Shown here piece after piece: positions 14,715 through 28,570 of a stretch of 64,000 bases of DNA. A program made the translations under genes and the position numbers. The DNA is from Vicugna vicugna (Eukaryota), in contig MU057503.1 of the NCBI GenBank assembly GCA_013265495.1, positions 620,001-684,000 of the forward strand. Reading direction: 5' to 3'. How positions within the stretch are numbered: position 1 is the stretch's first letter; every line of letters starts with the position of its first letter. The notes under the pieces are model-generated. The model did no database searches. It saw only the letters and a list, made by a program, of their open reading frames with translations, and was not told where the DNA came from.

Positions 14715-15370
14715 CATTCATCTATAGATTCATTCAACAAAGATTGACAAGCACGGGACACATCAGGATGTGTAAAAGACTGTGGAGGGCGAGAGGAGAA
14801 AACAAAACAAACATGGTCTCCAGCCCTATAAATTTGACAGTCTGTGAAGACACAGATATAAGGACACAACTGCAAATTGTGATGACTCAGGAGGAAAATA
14901 ATCAAGAACTATAAGAGAATGTAACAAGGAGCCCATACTCAGATGAAAATGGTAGAGAAAACTCCTTTGAGGAAGTTACCTGTAAGCTGAGACATGAAAT
15001 CAGCCAGGTGAGGAGGGAGGGAGAAGAGTAGGTCTTGCAGAGGGAAGCAGGCAGTAGGAGACACGTGCAAAGGCCCTGAGGCAGAAAACCATGGCCTCAG
15101 TGTAAAGAATTTTTGATTTCATCGAAATGTAAGAGGCATTCACTAAAAGATTTTAAGCAAGGGAATGCTCATCTGAATTTTTAGATCATTTTGGCCACTG
15201 TCCGCTCTAGAAAATGAACTGGAGGGAGATAAGAATGATAGTGAGGAGACCACTTAGATTATGGCAAGATGGTGGCTGGTACAGGGTGGTGGCAGCATGG
15301 ATGGAGAGGCGTGACTGTGGGAAGATAATGAAGTTTGATTAGGCAAATCCAAAGGACCAGGGAACTGGAG
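14715..15370 (-). mobile_element. LINE-2 3' portion
   Basis: ATTCATTCAACAAA tail in reverse orientation, followed by GCAAAGGCCCTGAGGCAG and TTTTAAGCAAGGGA..AGATCATTTTGGC L2 motifs. Confidence 0.75.
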
Positions 15371-17385
15371 CTCTGAAAGTCCAAGCATGCATCTATAACA
15401 TCTTAACCTCTAATAAATCTTAAAGGCAGGGCATGACTCTAAAGTGAAGAGACAGTCAAGTTCTCTAGATGGTTGGGGAAGCTGGCTATCTTTAATATAG
15501 TTAGCTGTCTCCATATTACTTTGAGCTACATATAGAAGGCACTCCCCAGACTGCAACAACCTTTCTAAGCTGTTATGAAGACTTGTGACCTTAGAAACTG
15601 GGATACAGATGACTCCAGACTGCTGAGAACCATTTCCTAAGGTCAGAGATCACTCCTCATTTGGGAAAGTCCGAGACCAAATTGAGAAACATTCTCATCC
15701 ACAGAGGCATGCTTTCAAATGTTTTTTTCTTTCAAAGAAAATTCAGATGACATTATCTTAGGAACAGCATGAGCACATTTATATAGTATCTGTGATTTAT
15801 GTTAATTAAAGAATGAAAAATATACTGCCTTGCCATTTTCAGTTCCAATATTGAATTGTGCAACACTTGAACATGCACCCTTGGATTTCTAAATGATGAG
15901 AACTGAGGAGTGGAAAGAACATGGAGGAGGACAGGGAGAATCACAAAAGGTCACAGCCAGATTACAACTATTCTCACATCTGTCTTCTGCAAACGGACAA
16001 GGGTCCTATTGGCTACTGCCCAGTTCCCACAGGCACTGCCCTCAGAGCGGTGATGGCCAGTCAGTACCCAAGCATCGGTGGGATCCTCTTTTTTACTTAT
16101 ACACAGATTCAAGCCTGGAAGGTATCTTACTGTTTCTTGCTTAGAGGCACCATTTTGGGTCATACACCCAATGAGAGGCAAAGCTTAGGTTGGAAGTTCT
16201 CAGACAACACAGACATGACTCTAGAGCATGAAGTTTTAAAAGAGAAGAGTGTTCATGAAGTCTCAAAGCTGTGATTAGGCAATTTCCAGAAAACCCTAAT
16301 GAGAAGAAAAGTGACTGTTGCTATGGAAACCAATGAGGATATTCAGATCTTAAGAGATCACGCTAAAAGTCAGGACAGCACACAGCCACAGAGGGTGAAT
16401 GCAGGAGGGTGGCGTGGACAGGTATGTCCAGTGGGAAATTCCAAAGGCCAGAATGAACTGGAGATTAAAGAAATTTTATAGACAAAATAAGGCGTTTAGG
16501 AGTGGGCCCTTTTGTTAAAATGTCATGAATATTTTTATATAGCAAATCAAGTAAGGGGTATTTCTGGTGCTTGGGGTTAATGGCATTTGCATTTGACTTC
16601 TTTAAAAAATTTTCTTTAGACAGAAAGAATTAACATTAGGAAGGTAGAATGAAAGTCCAAGATGAATAAAATTGTAAAACAGCAGGTTAGCTGGTTCAAA
16701 ATGGGTTCAAGTCACCTGGCATGGTTTTATCCTTTATTCCAACAACCTGGAAACTGTGTTGCTGATCCACTGTTGGACCAGCTGGAGGACAAATTCAGGG
16801 AGAACTGGGCTTCACTAAGACCTCTGAGAAGGTTCTCATGATATTCTCAATGACAAGATGGTTAACTGGGGAGGAACAATATGAAGAACAATGGGCATGC
16901 CCAAAGCATGCCAATGGGCCCCCAGCCGGGGGTGGGGAAGGACCAATTCATTCTTCACTCAACCGGATGAACACGATCTTTGACCCGAATAGCAACACAG
17001 AAGGCAAGGTTATCACATGTGAAGCAGGTGTGAGTAAATTTCCTGTCCCATTGAATGAGGATTTGATCATCTTTACTAAATGGAGAAATAAAACAAGGGT
17101 CAATAAAAGCTCTGAACTTGGGTTGTCAAAAGCAGTACAGATACAGGAAGGAGAGCAGAAACTTAGGAGATGCTAGTTCTATCATCAAAAACCAAAACAA
17201 AACCACCTCTACAGGTTTTAACAGACAAGTAAGCTCAGTATGCCAGCCCAAAAACCTCTGGTGGGGCCTTAAGCTCCGCTGACAGATACACGGTCTAGGA
17301 AGATGGAGGTGGCTATCCATGATTTCGCTCTATTCAAGACAAATCAGGCCATTTGCTGAATAACGCGTTCAATGCCTTATGCCAC

Positions 17386-17729
17386 TGCTATTGGCTGAAT
17401 ATTTCTGTCCCCACCTCCAATTCATAGGTTGAAATCCTAACCCTCACGGTGATGGTATTGGGAGGTGGGGCCTGTGGGAGGTGATTAGGTCATGCGATCC
17501 CTTTTACAAGGCACTAATTCCATTCACGAGGGATCCCAAGGGCTCTCCTGTCCCTTCCTGCTGTGGGGACAGAGCAAAAGATGGTCCACCATCTTTTCCT
17601 CCTGGGGGCACAGTCTGCAGGGGCCTTGGTCTTGGGCTTCCCAGCCTCCTCAAGTGTGAGAAATTAGTGTTTGCTATTTAAGCCACCCAGTTTATGGTAT
17701 TTTTGTGATAGCAGCCTGCCCATTAAACA
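17386..17729 (+). mobile_element. MLT1A-like MaLR solo LTR
   Basis: TG...CA ends, ATTCATAGGTTGAAATCCTAACCC and TTTAAGCCACCCAGTTTATGGTATTTT motifs, exact 5-bp TSD GCCAC at 17381-17385 and 17730-17734. Confidence 0.9.
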
Positions 17730-19104
17730 GCCACCCATAAAAAGAGTGAAAAAAAAAAAAGCCTCATGTACAGAGGCAAGTAATCAATATGGTGAAAAGA
17801 CTTAAGACTTTCAATTCAGGAAGAAGAAAGCACGAGCAGGCAGGGGAGCTGCCTTGGGATGACGTGCTGTCACGGGGGAGGGCTGGGGCTAGCACCTCAC
17901 CTGGAAGCCTCCAAAAGGTGCAACTGGCCCCAGGAGCAGAATCACCCACCGCAGCTGCAGTGGGGCTGCCCCCATGTCCGAGTTCACCATCGTCTGAGGG
18001 CTCACTGGAGGCTGGGTGCCACCCACCAGAAATGATGTAGAAAGCCTGGTCACATGTGGACACCCTTAGAAGTCCCCTGCAGCAGACATTCCGCTATGGA
18101 AGTTCAATGGCCAGTTCCTAAGTTGTGCCCAGTTGCCCCTAGGCACCAAGTTCAATGATGTAACAACTGCCACTGACCTTTTTTTTTTTAGCACACACTC
18201 ACATGCCACGGCTTTCCTTTAGCACAGCATCAGGTGAAGCTCGAGTCAACCCTTATGCCATCTTGAGTAAGAGTTTAACTTCCTTCTGCTCTTGGAAACA
18301 CGCTGCTGCCCAGTTTATCTCTTGCAGTCTCTTATCTCAGAAATGGGTGTATGGTGTTCCCTGACCTACACTATGAATATTTCACTCTGATTAGACGTAC
18401 AGTCTATGCTCAGTCAGAGACAACAATTCTGGAGGCATATTTTTAGCCAAATCTTTTTAATCTTGGCAGCGCCCTCCTCCAGGGACTTAACATACTGTGT
18501 GAGCAGCCTGCTATTACGGGCTACTCTTGTGGCTGCTGTTCGCAGATGCACTGGGCTTCCTGGTTATTGAACACAGACCAGGAGATACAATTAGCAAGTC
18601 CTCATGGAAAGAGGCACTGAGCGCATTTCACAGAGAATGGCTGTCCCCCACCTGCAAAGCGGCCAATGCTCTCAGCCTTGGCTTCCCTCACTGCCTGAGC
18701 TACTTCTCAGCCTCACCCCCACAACTGACCTGTTCTTAGATTTTCCTTTCATGAACTCTACTCACCTCCTCCTGCAACTGTGGTCATGCCTGACAGTCTA
18801 AAATGCCTTCGCTGCCCCTTTCCTCCCATCGTACTGAGCGGCAGGATTCACAAGCCAGCCCCCCATTCTAACGCACCCCCGCCTGCTTCCGGCCTCCCTG
18901 TGCACACGTTCCAGCAGAGCTCAGGCTTCTCAAGCAGAGCTCTGTTCCGTCTCAGGCCATGGCTGCATCCCCAGCCGCTCAACCAGAAGCTGGACCAGAG
19001 CAAGGTAATTTACTGCACAAAAAAATACTTCCCAACTGCTCATTTGCCCTAGAGGAGTTCCCCGAGGACAGAAAACATTTTGTCCCAAGGTACCATATAA
19101 AATA

Positions 19105-19345
19105 GTAACTAACATCAGTTGAGACTTCCATGTGTCCAACACTCTGCAGAACACTTCAGATGCACTGTCTCCCTTGATCTCTCCCAACCACTCATGACAT
19201 TGTGTGTGTATATATATATATGAATATATGATTATTCCCATTTTGAGATGAAGCAATGGAGTCTTGGGGAGGTTAAGGAATTTGCCCAAGGTCACGCTGC
19301 CGGTAAGCGGCCCAGCAGAGGTCCAGTCCCAGACCGCAGACTACC
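19105..19345 (-). mobile_element. MIR SINE
   Basis: ATTATTCCCATTTTGAGATGAAG..GAGGTTAAGGAATTTGCCCAAGGTCAC core. Confidence 0.8.
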
Positions 19346-20319
19346 TGCAATCTTAAAGCACCTCACCTGCTCCTGCACCTTATACAGCCACCGAGGGGAG
19401 GAATGATTCACACTCAGACTCGCAGAGTGAAACCACACAGAACCCACGAGAATGGTTAACAGAGGTTTGCTCCAGTAGACAGGACGTTCCTAGTCAAGAC
19501 CACACAGTGATGACTATCACTTTGTCTTTGCTGGGATGCTAGGCCAGATGCCTGAAATAAAGAATGAGGAAGGAAGGAGTAGGTCTGATGCATTCAATTT
19601 TAATGTCTAAAACTAAATCTCATTTACTTTCCAGTAACTATTTCCTTTTTAAGATGTTATCTATGCTGAAGGAAAAACGTTGGTGAGCCCCACCCGGGTG
19701 TCAGATACAGCTGAGATGGAAAGATAATCTTCTCAAGGCTCTAGCGGCGGGGGAACCTCAGGCGGAAATAATAGACCACGGGTTGATTGCTCGTTATGGA
19801 GCAGCTGGTTTCAATTTGATGCTCTTGCTTATTTTAGCTTCTACTCAAGACCAGAGTAGCTTTAACACTTGACGCTTTGGTTTTTAAATGGTGTTGAGGA
19901 ACCCGAGTGTTTCTAAGAAGGGTCTCGGGGGAAGGTGGTGGGTGATGGGTGGAGGACAGAGTTTAAAGAAAGATTTGTTTTGAAATCATGGTTCTGCTGT
20001 TTCAAACAAAACAAAAACCTGGAAACCATGACTTTAAAGGTATCTTCAAAATCAGGATATTTTTCTCTTACTTGTATCACCTGGGGTGGCAAGCAGGCCT
20101 GTTCTATTGGAAGTTGAGTCTTTAATTACACATCTTGATTTCCATCTGACAGGCTTGATCCTGGCCAGTGCCTTGCCCACTGGGCGAGGGACACGGAGGG
20201 AAAATGGGCTGTTCCAAGGGGTGCCCGCTAGGGAGGAAGTGTTTCTTTCACTGTTTTCTTTCCCTCTCCTCCTCCAGAGACGGTGGTGGCTCTTCTCTGT
20301 CTAAAATAGATTAAAATGC

Positions 20320-20505
20320 TGCGATTAAACCTGGGGTTCAACCCTGCCTGCACACTGGAATGTTCTAGGGCAGTTTGAAAATGGTACTGATGGCCAGGCT
20401 CCTCTGAGGACCAGCTAAACTGGAGCCTCTGGGGAGGGTGTTCCCTTCATGGCATTTCTGCAGAAGCCCTCAGATGCCTGCAGCGGGCGGCCAGGGAGGA
20501 CATCC
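20320..20505. mobile_element. MER5-like hAT-Charlie element
   Basis: TTCAACCCTGCCTGCACACTGGAAT..AAAATGGTACTGATG..CTCTGGGG pattern, degenerate. Confidence 0.55.
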
Positions 20506-21517
20506 CACGTCAGGTATCTGTTCTTAAATCTTCTCTGCTAGAGGCCAATGTCCACAGGTCTGTAAAAACAATTTTACACACACACAAAATTATATACACA
20601 AAATATGCTTCTGTGATACAATGCAGATGTAATTTAGTAGAAAACAGATATCTTCCCAGTAGAGAGCAGACTAGTCTGTGAAACACTGTTCTAAAGAAGT
20701 AAAAAAATAAAATAAAATAAAAAAAGATTTTGTAAAGATCATGTTTGACCAGGATTATTAGGGAAGCAGAGTATTAGGTCCGCTTTTCCTTTGGCTTAAT
20801 TCCCACCCATCCCAGTGATCTTAACTTTTGCTACTTCTGCTGTGAAGCTGTCCCTGAGCCCCAGGTTTGGATTAGGGGCTTCTGCTCCCTGCCAGAGCCC
20901 AGCAGGCACTTGGGTTGGAGGCAGCACGGAACAGGTACGCCTAGTGCACTTGAACGACCCACTCTGACTTCCCCAGTGGCCCTTAGTGATCACAGGTCAG
21001 CAGGCTCAATTCCACTCCATCCACATCCTCCCCAGACAGTGGGTCAGCTGTGAGGTCAGCCTTACCTGCTTCTCCACCCAGGCTGGGGACAGAACACCCA
21101 GCCACTCTGCAGACTTAGCCACCTCGATCCTCTCCCTTGTCCATGCTCAGCCCCCATCTTGGAACAATTCTAGCTCAGCTTCCGTTTTGGCTCCACATCT
21201 GTCCTCAGCCCCTTAAGTGCGGACATCCCTGTCCCAGGCTCTCTCCGTGCTGTCCCCAGATGACAAGCGCAGCACCTGGTTCTCATGACCAGGCCTGCAC
21301 TGAGGACCCACCATGGGTGTCCTCAGCCCAGACCCCTCTTAGTTCCAGACCCAGATCTATGAGGATGCATGATGGTCTACAGCACTTGAAACCTCAGCAC
21401 ACCACACCCGAATTCTTCTGCTACTCCCTCCACCTCTATGTGCTCCTCTTGTAACCCTCATCTCAGTTCATCTAACACAGTATTTACACAATTGCCTAAT
21501 CAGCAAACTGGCATGGT

Positions 21518-22228
21518 CTGTGATGGCTTTGTGGTGTCAATGTGGCTAGGCTAAAATGCACTCCTCTGCATTCCCTTTCTAGTATGTCTCTGGTTAACAT
21601 GTGCAACAAGAGTCTCTCTTGAGAGCAGGAGGATTGTGAAGGAGGCACAGCCACCTTGCAGCGTGTGCACCTTCCCAACTCTTCAACACTTATCTTCAGG
21701 CTGCTGTGAAGAGACTTTGCAGACATCAGTAAAGTTCCTAATCAGTTGACCTTGAAGGAGATTATCCTTGGTGGGCTGACTTAATCAGTGGAAGGCTTGG
21801 GGGGCCGGTGATAGAGAGCAGGGAGATGGTGGGAGGGAGAAACGGAGAGGGAGAGGGAAGGAGGGAAGAAAGGAGAGGGAGGGAGGGGAAAGGAGAGAGG
21901 AAAGGAGGGGGAAGGAGGGGGAAGGAGGGAAGAAAGGAGGGGGAGGAGGGGGAGGGAGGGGGAGGATGGAGACAGGGAAGAGAAGAGGGGAGGGGAGAGA
22001 AATGTGGGGGAGGAATGGATGAAGGGAGGGGAAGTATAGAGGAAGAAAGGGAAGAAAAGAAGGAAGGGAGGCAGAAGGACTCCACCTGTGAGCAACAAGT
22101 TGCAGCCTGAGCCTGCGGGGTTCCAGCTGGCCTAAGCCAGTTCCTTGTAATAAATCCCTTCTATACATGCAGAGATAGACATCTACCTACAGCCTACCTA
22201 CCTGCCCTGGCTGAACCCTGATTTCAGC
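21518..22228 (+). mobile_element. MLT2-type ERVL solo LTR with an internal purine-rich expansion
   Basis: TGTGATGG..GTGTCAA..GGCTAGGCTA start, CCTAATCAGTTGAC..GATTATCCT..GGTGGGCTGACTTAATCAG, then AATAAATCCC and GAACCCTGA end. Confidence 0.75.
21810..22078 (+). repeat. Purine-rich (GA-rich) low-complexity tract
   Basis: About 270 bp almost entirely G/A (GGAGGGAG, GGAAGG units). It explains the low-complexity ORFs at 21762-22168. Confidence 0.92.
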
Positions 22229-22449
22229 CCTACCTCCTCCTCTGCCTCACACCTCGGCCCAAACCAAGTTGATTCTCTCTTCTGAATAGTTCTGATTCCA
22301 CCCGCCTTGTCCTCGAACACTGTCACCGCCTAGTTCAAACTGTCACCTCTTGCCCGTCATAACGCAAAGACCCCGTAACTGGGCTCCCTGCCTCTGGCTT
22401 CTCTCCCCACCAATCCAGCCTCTAGGTCAACAGAAATTTGACAGGGAAG

Positions 22450-22620
22450 TTCTAGACCTGCACCACCTAATACAGTAGCCATTAGCCACACGTGGCTACC
22501 TGCATCTTTGAAATACAGCCAGTGAGACTGAGGACCTGACATTTTATTTTTTGTTAATTTACACTTAAATGTAGATAGCCACATGCAGCTACTGGCTATT
22601 ATGTTTAAAAATACAGTTCT
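22450..22620. mobile_element. MER3-like hAT-Charlie element
   Basis: Palindromic GTAGCCATTAGCCACACGTGGCTA ... TAGCCACATGCAGCTACTGGCTA. Confidence 0.78.
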
Positions 22621-24729
22621 AGACAACTCAGATTATTGTTCTAAAAAATGCAAACATGACACAAATAACAGACATTTCTCAAAAACAAAATGAGTCAAAT
22701 ATTAAAAAATGTTGAATGCTAATAAATAAAATTAAAATATGCATATGTAAAAATGAGGGAAGCTGTTTACAGCAATTCTCTGTGTATTGAGACTACGTTT
22801 CATTCAACACCTACTATGTACCAGGTGCCCTGCTAGATTTTGGAGTGAACTGGACAGTCCTGGTTCCTGCCACGTTAGGAGTTTTACATCTCGATTAAGT
22901 AATGGTGCAATGTCAATCCCGTGTGGTGAGAGGTGTAAGAGGTGCCACAGATGGGGTGGGGAGAGCAGGGCTCTGGCCCAGGGCACTGCAGGGCACTACG
23001 GGAGACAACAAACCCAACTGTGGGGCAACTATTTCTTTCTTATAGTGTTCTATACTGATATTTTTATAATAGAAAAAAAAATGCTTGATTTTTGAAATGC
23101 AAGTCTGACGTCACTTGTGTTTAAAAAAATCAGAAACACCAAACAATTTCCTCAACTCTCTTTCACAGACATACCCCGGTACAGTTTCAGGCCTCAGTGC
23201 CTTTGCACGTGAGGCTACTACAGCTTCATGCCCACCTTCCACCCCATCCTACCACTCTCCAGCCCTATCTGTTTGGCAAAATGCCTATCTTCCCTCTGAA
23301 ACTCAGCCTAAGTAGCTTCTCTGTGGAATTCTTAACCCCTCAGAATTTCCATATTATACTCATTTCTATGAATGACCTTCACTAAAACTCATACTGCTTC
23401 AAGCCAGGAACTGGTTTGGTTTTTGTTTTCTTTTGTTTTTTAAATCCTATCACTCAGCCCTGCACCTGGGACTACAGAAGAAAGGAAATTTTACTACCAT
23501 CTCCCTCTGTCCATCAGGCTCACTTCTGCCCCTCTCCGTTCCAGCTCCCCTCCCAGATACACAAGGGAGGAGGGGACCTGGCTAATCCGTTTCCTCCAAA
23601 CACGCATCAACAACAGGCCACCACTGCCAGTCACGGGGTCACTGGGTCTTATGAAGCAGGAGTTCATGACCCTCAGCTGAACCAGTGCTGTCCCATCCCA
23701 TTACCCAGTTTCCACATGGGTAAACAGATTCAGGACCACTTTGGGAGCTCCGCCATCTCTCTCCACCATCACACCTGCCTGGGCTGGTCCCAACCTTTAA
23801 AGTGAAGGTAGGGGCCTTTAGCTGGACTCAGCACTGGGGCACTGGATGCTTCTGAAACTTCTGATAAAATGGAATTCTGATTTTTGTGATGGAAAGGCTC
23901 CCCACCCTCACCGTGGGACACGGGGGGTTGCAGGGCAAGATACGGGCATTTCTTGGATAAATTCCATCAAAACAGCACCCAAAGGTCACCCTTGATCTCT
24001 GACATGAGCAGGATGGTAGCTTAAGTTTGAAAAGACTAATGTGCTGACAGTGAGAACAACAACATGCCAGGAACAAGAAGGCCTGGATTCCAATCATGAA
24101 ACCACAAAGCGCTGGTGCACCTTTAACCTACAGTCTCCACTCTGTCACCGGCGAAGTGAATGCACGGGGTACAGGGGCACTACCATGATGATACAGAGAT
24201 CTGAGCGTTTGAAAATACCCTGCCAAACCAAGTCACAGCTCAGGACCGAGAGCTGGCAGGAGGCATGTCTTCACATCACTGCGTCCTTCTCAGACGGCTG
24301 GACCCTGTGCAGTTAGAACAGGAAAAGGGACCACAGCATCTGAGGCCTGTTTCATAGATGCTCAGCATCCGTCTGCAGCTCTGAACATGTGAGACACATC
24401 ACTGGGAGGCCCCTCGGACAGGGGCAGAACCCAACAGACAAAAGGACAGCAATTCCTGGTGCAAATCACGCCACACCCAATGTTAATGTGACAAAACTTG
24501 AACTCAAATGTTCAGCTACAACCCCCACCACATCACTGAGATGAAATCCCTTCCAGACGTTCAATTTGCACAAGATAATTGCTTATCATGATGTATGAGG
24601 TGTAACTTTCTCTTGACTCAAGGAGTGAGAGCATGAAAGCATCACATTTTGGTCAGATGCTGGAATAGAAGAGCGTGAGCGGGAACCTGGTGAAATCCCG
24701 GCAAAGCCCACACTCTAGTTAAAAGGGTG

Positions 24730-25383
24730 GTACTGTGTTTGTTTTCTGTTGCTACATAACGATTGACCACAAAGCACATTTTTATAAGAAGATTTAAATG
24801 ACACACATTTATTATCCCAGAGTTTCCATAAGTCCAAAGCCCAGGCACACTATGGCTGGATCTCCCAAAGCTGAAATCAAGGTGCTGGCACCCTGTGGTT
24901 CTCCTCTGGAGATCAGAGTCCTCTTCCAAGCTCACTGTGGGCAGAACTCAATTCCCTGCAGCTGTAGGACTGATGTACCCATTTCTTCATTGGCCATTGG
25001 CCAAGGTTGGTTTCAGCTCCTGCTGGTCACTCTCAGGGCCTAACCACAAGGCCCCCTCCATAAACAGTTCACAGCAGGGCTGTCTGCTTTCTTCTAAACC
25101 AGCAAGAGTGTGTTTGCTGCTGCTGAAGACTCCAAAGGGCTCGACTGATTAGGTCAGGCCCACCCTGGATGATCTCCTTTCAATTACTCAAAGTTTAATT
25201 GATTAGGTACCTTAGTTAAGGTACCTGCAAAATCCCTCCTACTCTGTAATGTACCATTATTATAGTGTGCTATCCCATCATATTCACAAGTCCTGCCCAC
25301 GCTTGAAAGAAAAGGATGATGCACAGGGCATGTATACCAGTGGGCAAGAGTCTTAGGGCCATCTCACAATTCTGCCTACCACA
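24730..25383 (-). mobile_element. MLT1-type MaLR LTR
   Basis: TTTTCTGTTGCTACATAAC..ACCACAAA, GCTGAAATCAAGGTGCTGGCA, GGCAGAACTCAATTCCCTGCAGCTGTAGGACTGA, ending TTCTGCCTACCACA. Confidence 0.85.
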
Positions 25384-26996
25384 GGTCCAGTATTAATTTC
25401 TTAGCTTTGATCATTGTATTATGTTTATGTAAGATGTTAACAATAGGGAAAAATAGGTAAACTGAAGTTCTTCTGCAATTCTTCTTTAACTCAAAAGGAA
25501 AAACTTTTTTAAATGGAATGAAAATCATGTGCTTTGAAATGACACAATAATTTGCAAATCTAGACTACCTTGTTCTCTGGCCCGTCTTAATTTGTTGAAT
25601 TTACCCAAAAAGGAAAGATTTACACCCGGGCAATGAAACTTCTTTAAAGTTGCAAACCACTTCAAACTATTGGGATAAGAATTACAAAACACCACAATGC
25701 AATTTTTCATCTTCAAATAAAGGTGAATGCCCTGATTTTAAGGTCATGCTTACAAAAAGGCTATGTGAAAAATGTCTATTATACACACATGCATTGTCTC
25801 TTGCTATATATATATGAAACTTCTGAGTGCCAAATCTCTGTTAAGTAGAGATTAACACCTGCTGTACTTGACATATACAACCACGTAAACTGTGCCATCA
25901 AAGGACACGCTAATAATCTGAGTTAACTTTGTGTGTTTTGGGTACACACAGCTTCACCGAACTGAGTAGTCTGATTAAAGTTTTAAGTTTGGTAAAGTGC
26001 TGCTTTCTTTTTTTAACATTAAATAACAGAAACGGAACAGTATCACTAGAAGCATAGTCACTGTGGGAAGTGTCCATACCCCCTTACAACATAAAAGCTC
26101 ATTTTCTAATCTTTCTGGCTACTTCCCATTACCATTTATGTTTTTATGTTACTACTTTATATTTCTATGTTACTAGAAGTGTCAAACAGAAGAAACAACT
26201 AATTCACAGACCTCCTAAAACCTCCTCTTGCCCCAAATACTGTACTATCGGAAGTGACAAATTAAGGCGCAAAAGCTCATCCCAAATATTTCATCACAGC
26301 AATGTTTTAAAACTGTTGTAACGTACAGAATATCTGGGATTTCCTCATCGTCACAAATTCCATTCATATAGAGCTAGAGGCAGAGGGAGACTGGCAAGGT
26401 TGGGAGCCACTGAAACAGAGGGTCTGTCACGGTGATTTGATGTGAGGAATCACACTGGCATTGGGAAAGGGGTAGGTCAACCATCAGTGGACTGAAGGAC
26501 AAAGAGACGGGAAGACCAGTGTGCCTACCCGCTAACGACGGGCCTGGCCAGAAACAAGGCAGACGTGCTCTGCAAGGGGGCAGAGGTGAGACCCGGAACC
26601 GGCCCAAGAAGCAGGGGCTCACTTACGAGGCTGTCTACCAGGAGAGCGGCAAAAGCATCCTGTCTGTCACTCGGCAGGCGTGAGGGAAGAGTACAAACTT
26701 CCACACACAGGCCAAGGAGGATGAAGGCAGAAAATAAGCAAGGCGGCACCTGGTAAAGGAGCCAGTCGTTACGCAGACACACAGACAGCTTCTAATGAGC
26801 AAAAGGGCTGCTTCTAAGAAGTCTGCATATGGAACAAATCTCTATTACACACCTACCACATGCCAGTCACTGTATTAGATTCTGGAATTAAAAGATGCCC
26901 AAGAAGTGGGTCTTGTGCTCTTTCTAAGCTAGCTGGGCTAGAGAGGCAGGCACAGACACCAAGGTTTAATGTTCAAGGTGATAATAGCCAGTGCTT

Positions 26997-27225
26997 CAAC
27001 ATCCATTTATGATAAAAACTGTCCAAAAGTGGGCACAGACAGAACATACCTCCATGTAATAAAGACCATGTACGACAAACCCACAGCTAAAGACACACAT
27101 AATGGGGAAAAGCGGAAAGCACTTCCTCTGAGAGAGCAAACAAGAACGCCCACTCTCACCACTTTTATTCAACGTAATTTTGGAAGTCCTAGCCATAGTA
27201 ATCAGAGAATAAAAACAAATAAAAG
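26997..27225 (+). mobile_element. Internal L1 ORF2 (reverse-transcriptase region) fragment flanked by direct repeats
   Basis: Encodes QHPFMIK / YDKPTA..NGEKRKALPLR / LEVLA-like L1 RT peptides. Flanked by GATAAT(A/G)GCCAGTGCTT at 26980-26996 and 27226-27242. Confidence 0.85.
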
Positions 27226-27289
27226 GATAATGGCCAGTGCTTACTAAGCATCTACTAATGTCCAGGCACTGTGTCAGGAGCCTTATTTC

Positions 27290-28570
27290 ATAATTTATTA
27301 ACTCAGTGAATACTTACTGAGCCCCTACTAAGTGCTGGGCTGCTCCAGGTGTTGAAATGTCCCACTGAATGAGACAAACAGGGACCCTGCTCTCCTAGTG
27401 CTCATTCTATTTATGAGAGAACAGACAGTAAGTAAACAAAGGAACAAGGCGATATCAAACAGGGGTGTTATGGGCAGTGACTACAATAGGCGGGGAGAGG
27501 GGGCAGCGCTGGGGGAGGGGAGCTGTGCTAATTGTTCGTGGTGGTCATGGGAGGCCATGAAGGGGCATCTGAACCGAGACCTGCAAGACGAGGAGATGGT
27601 GCCCGGTGACAATGAGGCAGTGGTCCCAGCTGAGGGGCGGCAACCACAGAGGCCAAGGTGGAGGCAGGTGTAATGGGGTCAGAGAACAGACTGGAGCGTG
27701 GGACCTCTGAGGTGGTCAGGGCCCACACAACGGGAGGCCTGGACGCCACTGGTGGGCTTTCAAGCAAGAGCAACATGATCCAATTGACATTTTTAATGAT
27801 CATTCTGGGAACTGTATGAAGAAAGGTGATGTGAGTAGACGCAGGGAACCAGTGAGGAAGCTACGTTAGGAGTCCAGAGAGAGAGGTTAACACATGAAGA
27901 CGGAGAGGAGGGGACAGTCTGGGGACGTGTTTTAGAAGGAGAGCCAGGAGAATGTGCTGATAGGGGACTGGGGGTGTGACGGTGCAGGAAAGAAGGACAG
28001 AACACAGTGCCTGAATAGTTTACTTGATCCTCCAGGTGGATGGTGGTGTCATTTACTGGAATTTATAGGAGGGGCAACTTTAGGGGAAAGGAAGCAGAGA
28101 CACTGGAAAGCAAGAGTTCAGCCCATGATGAGGAAGCCAAGAGGAGTCAAGTGGCTGTTTCCTGGGTCTGGGACTCTGGCCTGGGGGTGAGCATTTAGCT
28201 GTTCTCAGCACGTGAATGGTGTTTAGACACAATGGAGTAGAAAGACTGGAATCTAGAACCAAATCCTGGCTGGTCAAACAGAAGAGGAAGAGTCACCAAA
28301 GGCAATTTTAGAAGTAGTCTCTCAGTGTAAGAGAGAAGGGCACCAGGAGGCTTTCTTTAGAGACACTGATGTAGAAACAGAAAGTGTTAAGGAGGGCGTG
28401 GTCCAACTAAGCCACGTCCTGCCCGGTAAGAAGTCTTACAGGGGCTGTTGTATTTTGCAGTATGGAAGTCATGAGTGACATCATGTGAAAAGCAGTTTTA
28501 AAGGCAGGTCTTAGGGAGGAAGTCTGGAGGAGGATGGGGAGAAGAGACAATGGAATATAAGCAAGTGGAA
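27290..28570 (-). mobile_element. LINE-2 3' portion (fragmented)
   Basis: ATACTTACTGAGCCCCTACTAAGTGC.., TTTCAAGCAAGAGCAACATGATCCAATT..GATCATTCTGG and GGTGGATGGTGGTGTCATTTACTG motifs. Confidence 0.75.

Noticed and set aside
21762..22168. Pro/Ser/Leu-rich and Gly/Glu/Arg-rich ORFs
   Set aside because: Artefacts of the purine-rich low-complexity tract.
26440..26683. Open plus-strand frame ending PKKQGLTYEAVYQESGKSILSVTRQA
   Set aside because: No recognisable homology, ATG or splice context.
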